From a virus (taxonomy: Duplodnaviria; Caudoviricetes): a stretch of 62,310 nt of DNA. The notes below the pieces were generated by a model. That model was not told the origin of the DNA. It did no database searches and saw only the letters and a program-made list of their open reading frames with translations. The stretch is from positions 1 to 62,310 of the IMG/VR virus record IMGVR_UViG_3300006224_000011. One strand, 5' to 3'. Of the stretch, positions 60,651 through 62,310 are shown piece by piece. Position 1 is the first letter of the stretch, and each line of letters opens with the position of its first letter. The position numbers were made by a program, and so were the translations under genes.

Positions 60651-61171
60651 ATTTAACTAGCTGTCGATAACAGACTTTCGAAAAAATTTTCACCTTAAAA
60701 CTGAAATTTGAAATCCAGTCTATAACAAGATTTAGAAAAATACTACCGATAATAGACTTTCAAAAAATACCCTGAGTCTGGGGGGTACACAGCGCCCCAC
60801 GGGCAAAAAAATACCCTCCCATTTTTCAGGGAGGGGAGGGGGTGAAAAATTGTTATCAGAAAATTATCATAAATTTGTATCCTTCAGCGGATTTTACACG
60901 AAAATAATTTTCGAAATTCAGCCGGGTAAAATTATTGTCAGGCAGAGGTAAAAAATTTGTATCCCTCCCTGCTCTCTTGACAGCATAAAAAATTTCTGTG
61001 CTGTCAAATTTACAAATTTTCACGAAAATAATTTTCATGGGTTATTTTCCTCTTTTCTATGCTAGCATGGTATTCTATGATACCGCCAAAAATAAAAATG
61101 GGCAGAAAAATTATTATAGTGATAAAAAAATATACCATCTTACCACCTCAAAAAATAAAATTCGATACTCG

Positions 61172-61207
61172 AAAAATCAGGGAGGGATTTTAACCCCTCC
61201 CTGATTT
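61172..61207 (-). terminator. Terminator downstream of the 61246-61722 gene
   Basis: AAATCAGGGAGGG...CCCTCCCTGATTT stem with a T-tract on the minus strand. Confidence 0.65.
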
Positions 61208-61245
61208 ATAGACTGGCTGGAAACTTCGGCCAGGAGCAGAAAAAA

Positions 61246-61722
61246 TTAAGCCTGCTCTGCTTTCTTTGCCTGCTCTGCCTGCTCCTGCTCCTGTGCTTTC
61301 AGCATCATTTCGATGTATTTTTCAACGTCATCGCTGAATTTTACAACCATATCAGCGGGGGAGGTGGGAGCAGTGGGAGGCGTCAATATTGCATCCCGGC
61401 TTAAGCAAGCCTCATTTGAAATCCTGGCATATTCGACGGCCTGTGCCAGCCTTGCAACAGGGAGTGTAATTACTTTATCTTTCAGGCTGGCAGGGATATT
61501 TTTCACCTGAATTTTATCGCCCAAAAGGATTAACTTTTCAATGGACTTGCTACCAAAGAAAGCGGTAACATGAGGGAGGCTGGCAGTAACAGAGGCAGAG
61601 GTGGGAGAAGAGGTTAACACTCCCTGTGCTTTGCTGAGGAGGTCTGAATTAACCTCCCCTTTTTCGTCCTTGAAAAAGTTTGTCTTGAAATCTAAAACAA
61701 ACGGCTTAATCTTTTCTGTCAT
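61246..61722 (-). CDS. Hypothetical protein (158 aa), isolated transcription unit
   Basis: GAAGGGAG Shine-Dalgarno, a candidate promoter upstream and a terminator downstream. Confidence 0.6.
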   Translation of the reverse strand: MTEKIKPFVLDFKTNFFKDEKGEVNSDLLSKAQGVLTSSPTSASVTASLPHVTAFFGSKSIEKLILLGDKIQVKNIPASLKDKVITLPVARLAQAVEYARISNEACLSRDAILTPPTAPTSPADMVVKFSDDVEKYIEMMLKAQEQEQAEQAKKAEQA

Positions 61723-62072
61723 GATATAAACTCCCTTCAGATATTAGGGTTAATCAACTAAGAGTAAATTTTAACCCCTCAGAAAAATTTACAATCTAAT
61801 TAGGGATTAATCGAATAATCTCACAATTTAATCCCATGAAAAAAATTGTGAAATCTAAGATAATCTAATAATCTCCCGATATATCACATGAGGATTGTGT
61901 CATGTTTACTCGTTAGTTATTTTCAAAAAATAGCCTCATGTTTCCATGAAAGAAAAATCAGGCACAGATAAACTGATTTTTTGGGCAAGGGATTTCTTTT
62001 CTGAAATCACAAAAAAGAAATTTGTCTTGAAATCCCGGCTATTTTTTGTTATCAATGTGCTGTGCTGAGATA

Positions 62073-62100
62073 ATCTTACCATTAACGGATATCCTGTCAA
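62073..62100 (-). promoter_or_regulatory. Candidate sigma70 promoter
   Basis: TTGACA-16 nt-TAAGAT with TG extension. Confidence 0.5.
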
Positions 62101-62191
62101 GGGTAAAATAAATTTCTTTTTGGAGTAATTTTTTTTAAAATTTTCGCTTATTTACTCGCTTAACGCCTGCTCCTTTCATTTAAAATACAAT

Positions 62192-62310
62192 CCAGCCTGC
62201 TCCCGGCTGGCTGGCCGAAAGTTTCCAGCCTGCTCCCGGCTGGCTGGCCGAAAGTTTCCAGCCTGCTCCCGGCTGGCTGGCCGAAAGTTTCCAGCCTGCT
62301 CCCGGCTGGC
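62192..62310. repeat. 33-bp perfect tandem repeat (3.6 copies, cut by the window edge)
   Basis: Unit CCAGCCTGCTCCCGGCTGGCTGGCCGAAAGTTT at 62192, 62225, 62258 and 62291. Confidence 0.92.

Noticed and set aside
60856-61204. ORFs 60856-61038 (-) and 60998-61204 (+)
   Set aside because: Low-complexity A/T-tract translations without a Shine-Dalgarno, in a region that looks noncoding.
62192-62310. Possible CRISPR array
   Set aside because: Units are head-to-tail with no unique spacers, and no cas genes are in the window.
1-62310. Stop-codon reassignment
   Set aside because: Long genes are intact under the standard code, all three stops end genes, and no suppressor tRNA was found.
1-62310. Integrated prophage with att sites
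   Set aside because: No integrase, repressor or recognisable host genes in the window; lifestyle cannot be determined.

Overview
A ~62 kb fragment of an AT-rich tailed dsDNA bacteriophage, probably siphovirus-like: long tape measure protein, tail-chaperone frameshift, no sheath gene seen. The left arm (1-19118, minus strand) carries replication and nucleotide-metabolism genes. These are family A DNA polymerase, RecA, SSB, DnaB, primase, resolvase, exonuclease, dNMP kinase, dUTPase, nucleotidase, a DNA methyltransferase and an intein-containing class II ribonucleotide reductase that runs off the window and is missing from the ORF track. The right arm (19621-60625, plus strand) holds a glycosyl/methyltransferase cluster, then the terminase, portal, head, tail, lysis and fibre genes. 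Near-consensus sigma70 promoters indicate a bacterial host. Three tRNAs (Thr, Asn, Met-like) sit in two clusters. Interleaved with them are four copies of an unannotated 52-62 nt structured RNA: a closing stem, a conserved UMCAGCAA motif and a hairpin whose loop mimics a different tRNA anticodon loop in each copy. This is the best candidate for an undescribed system. Other points of interest are a probable virion-glycosylation system, apparent GCWGC/GGWCC avoidance, a structured intergenic RNA under a palindromic bidirectional promoter, and a compositionally distinct, repeat-rich right end. All calls are from reading motifs by eye; no database searches were run.
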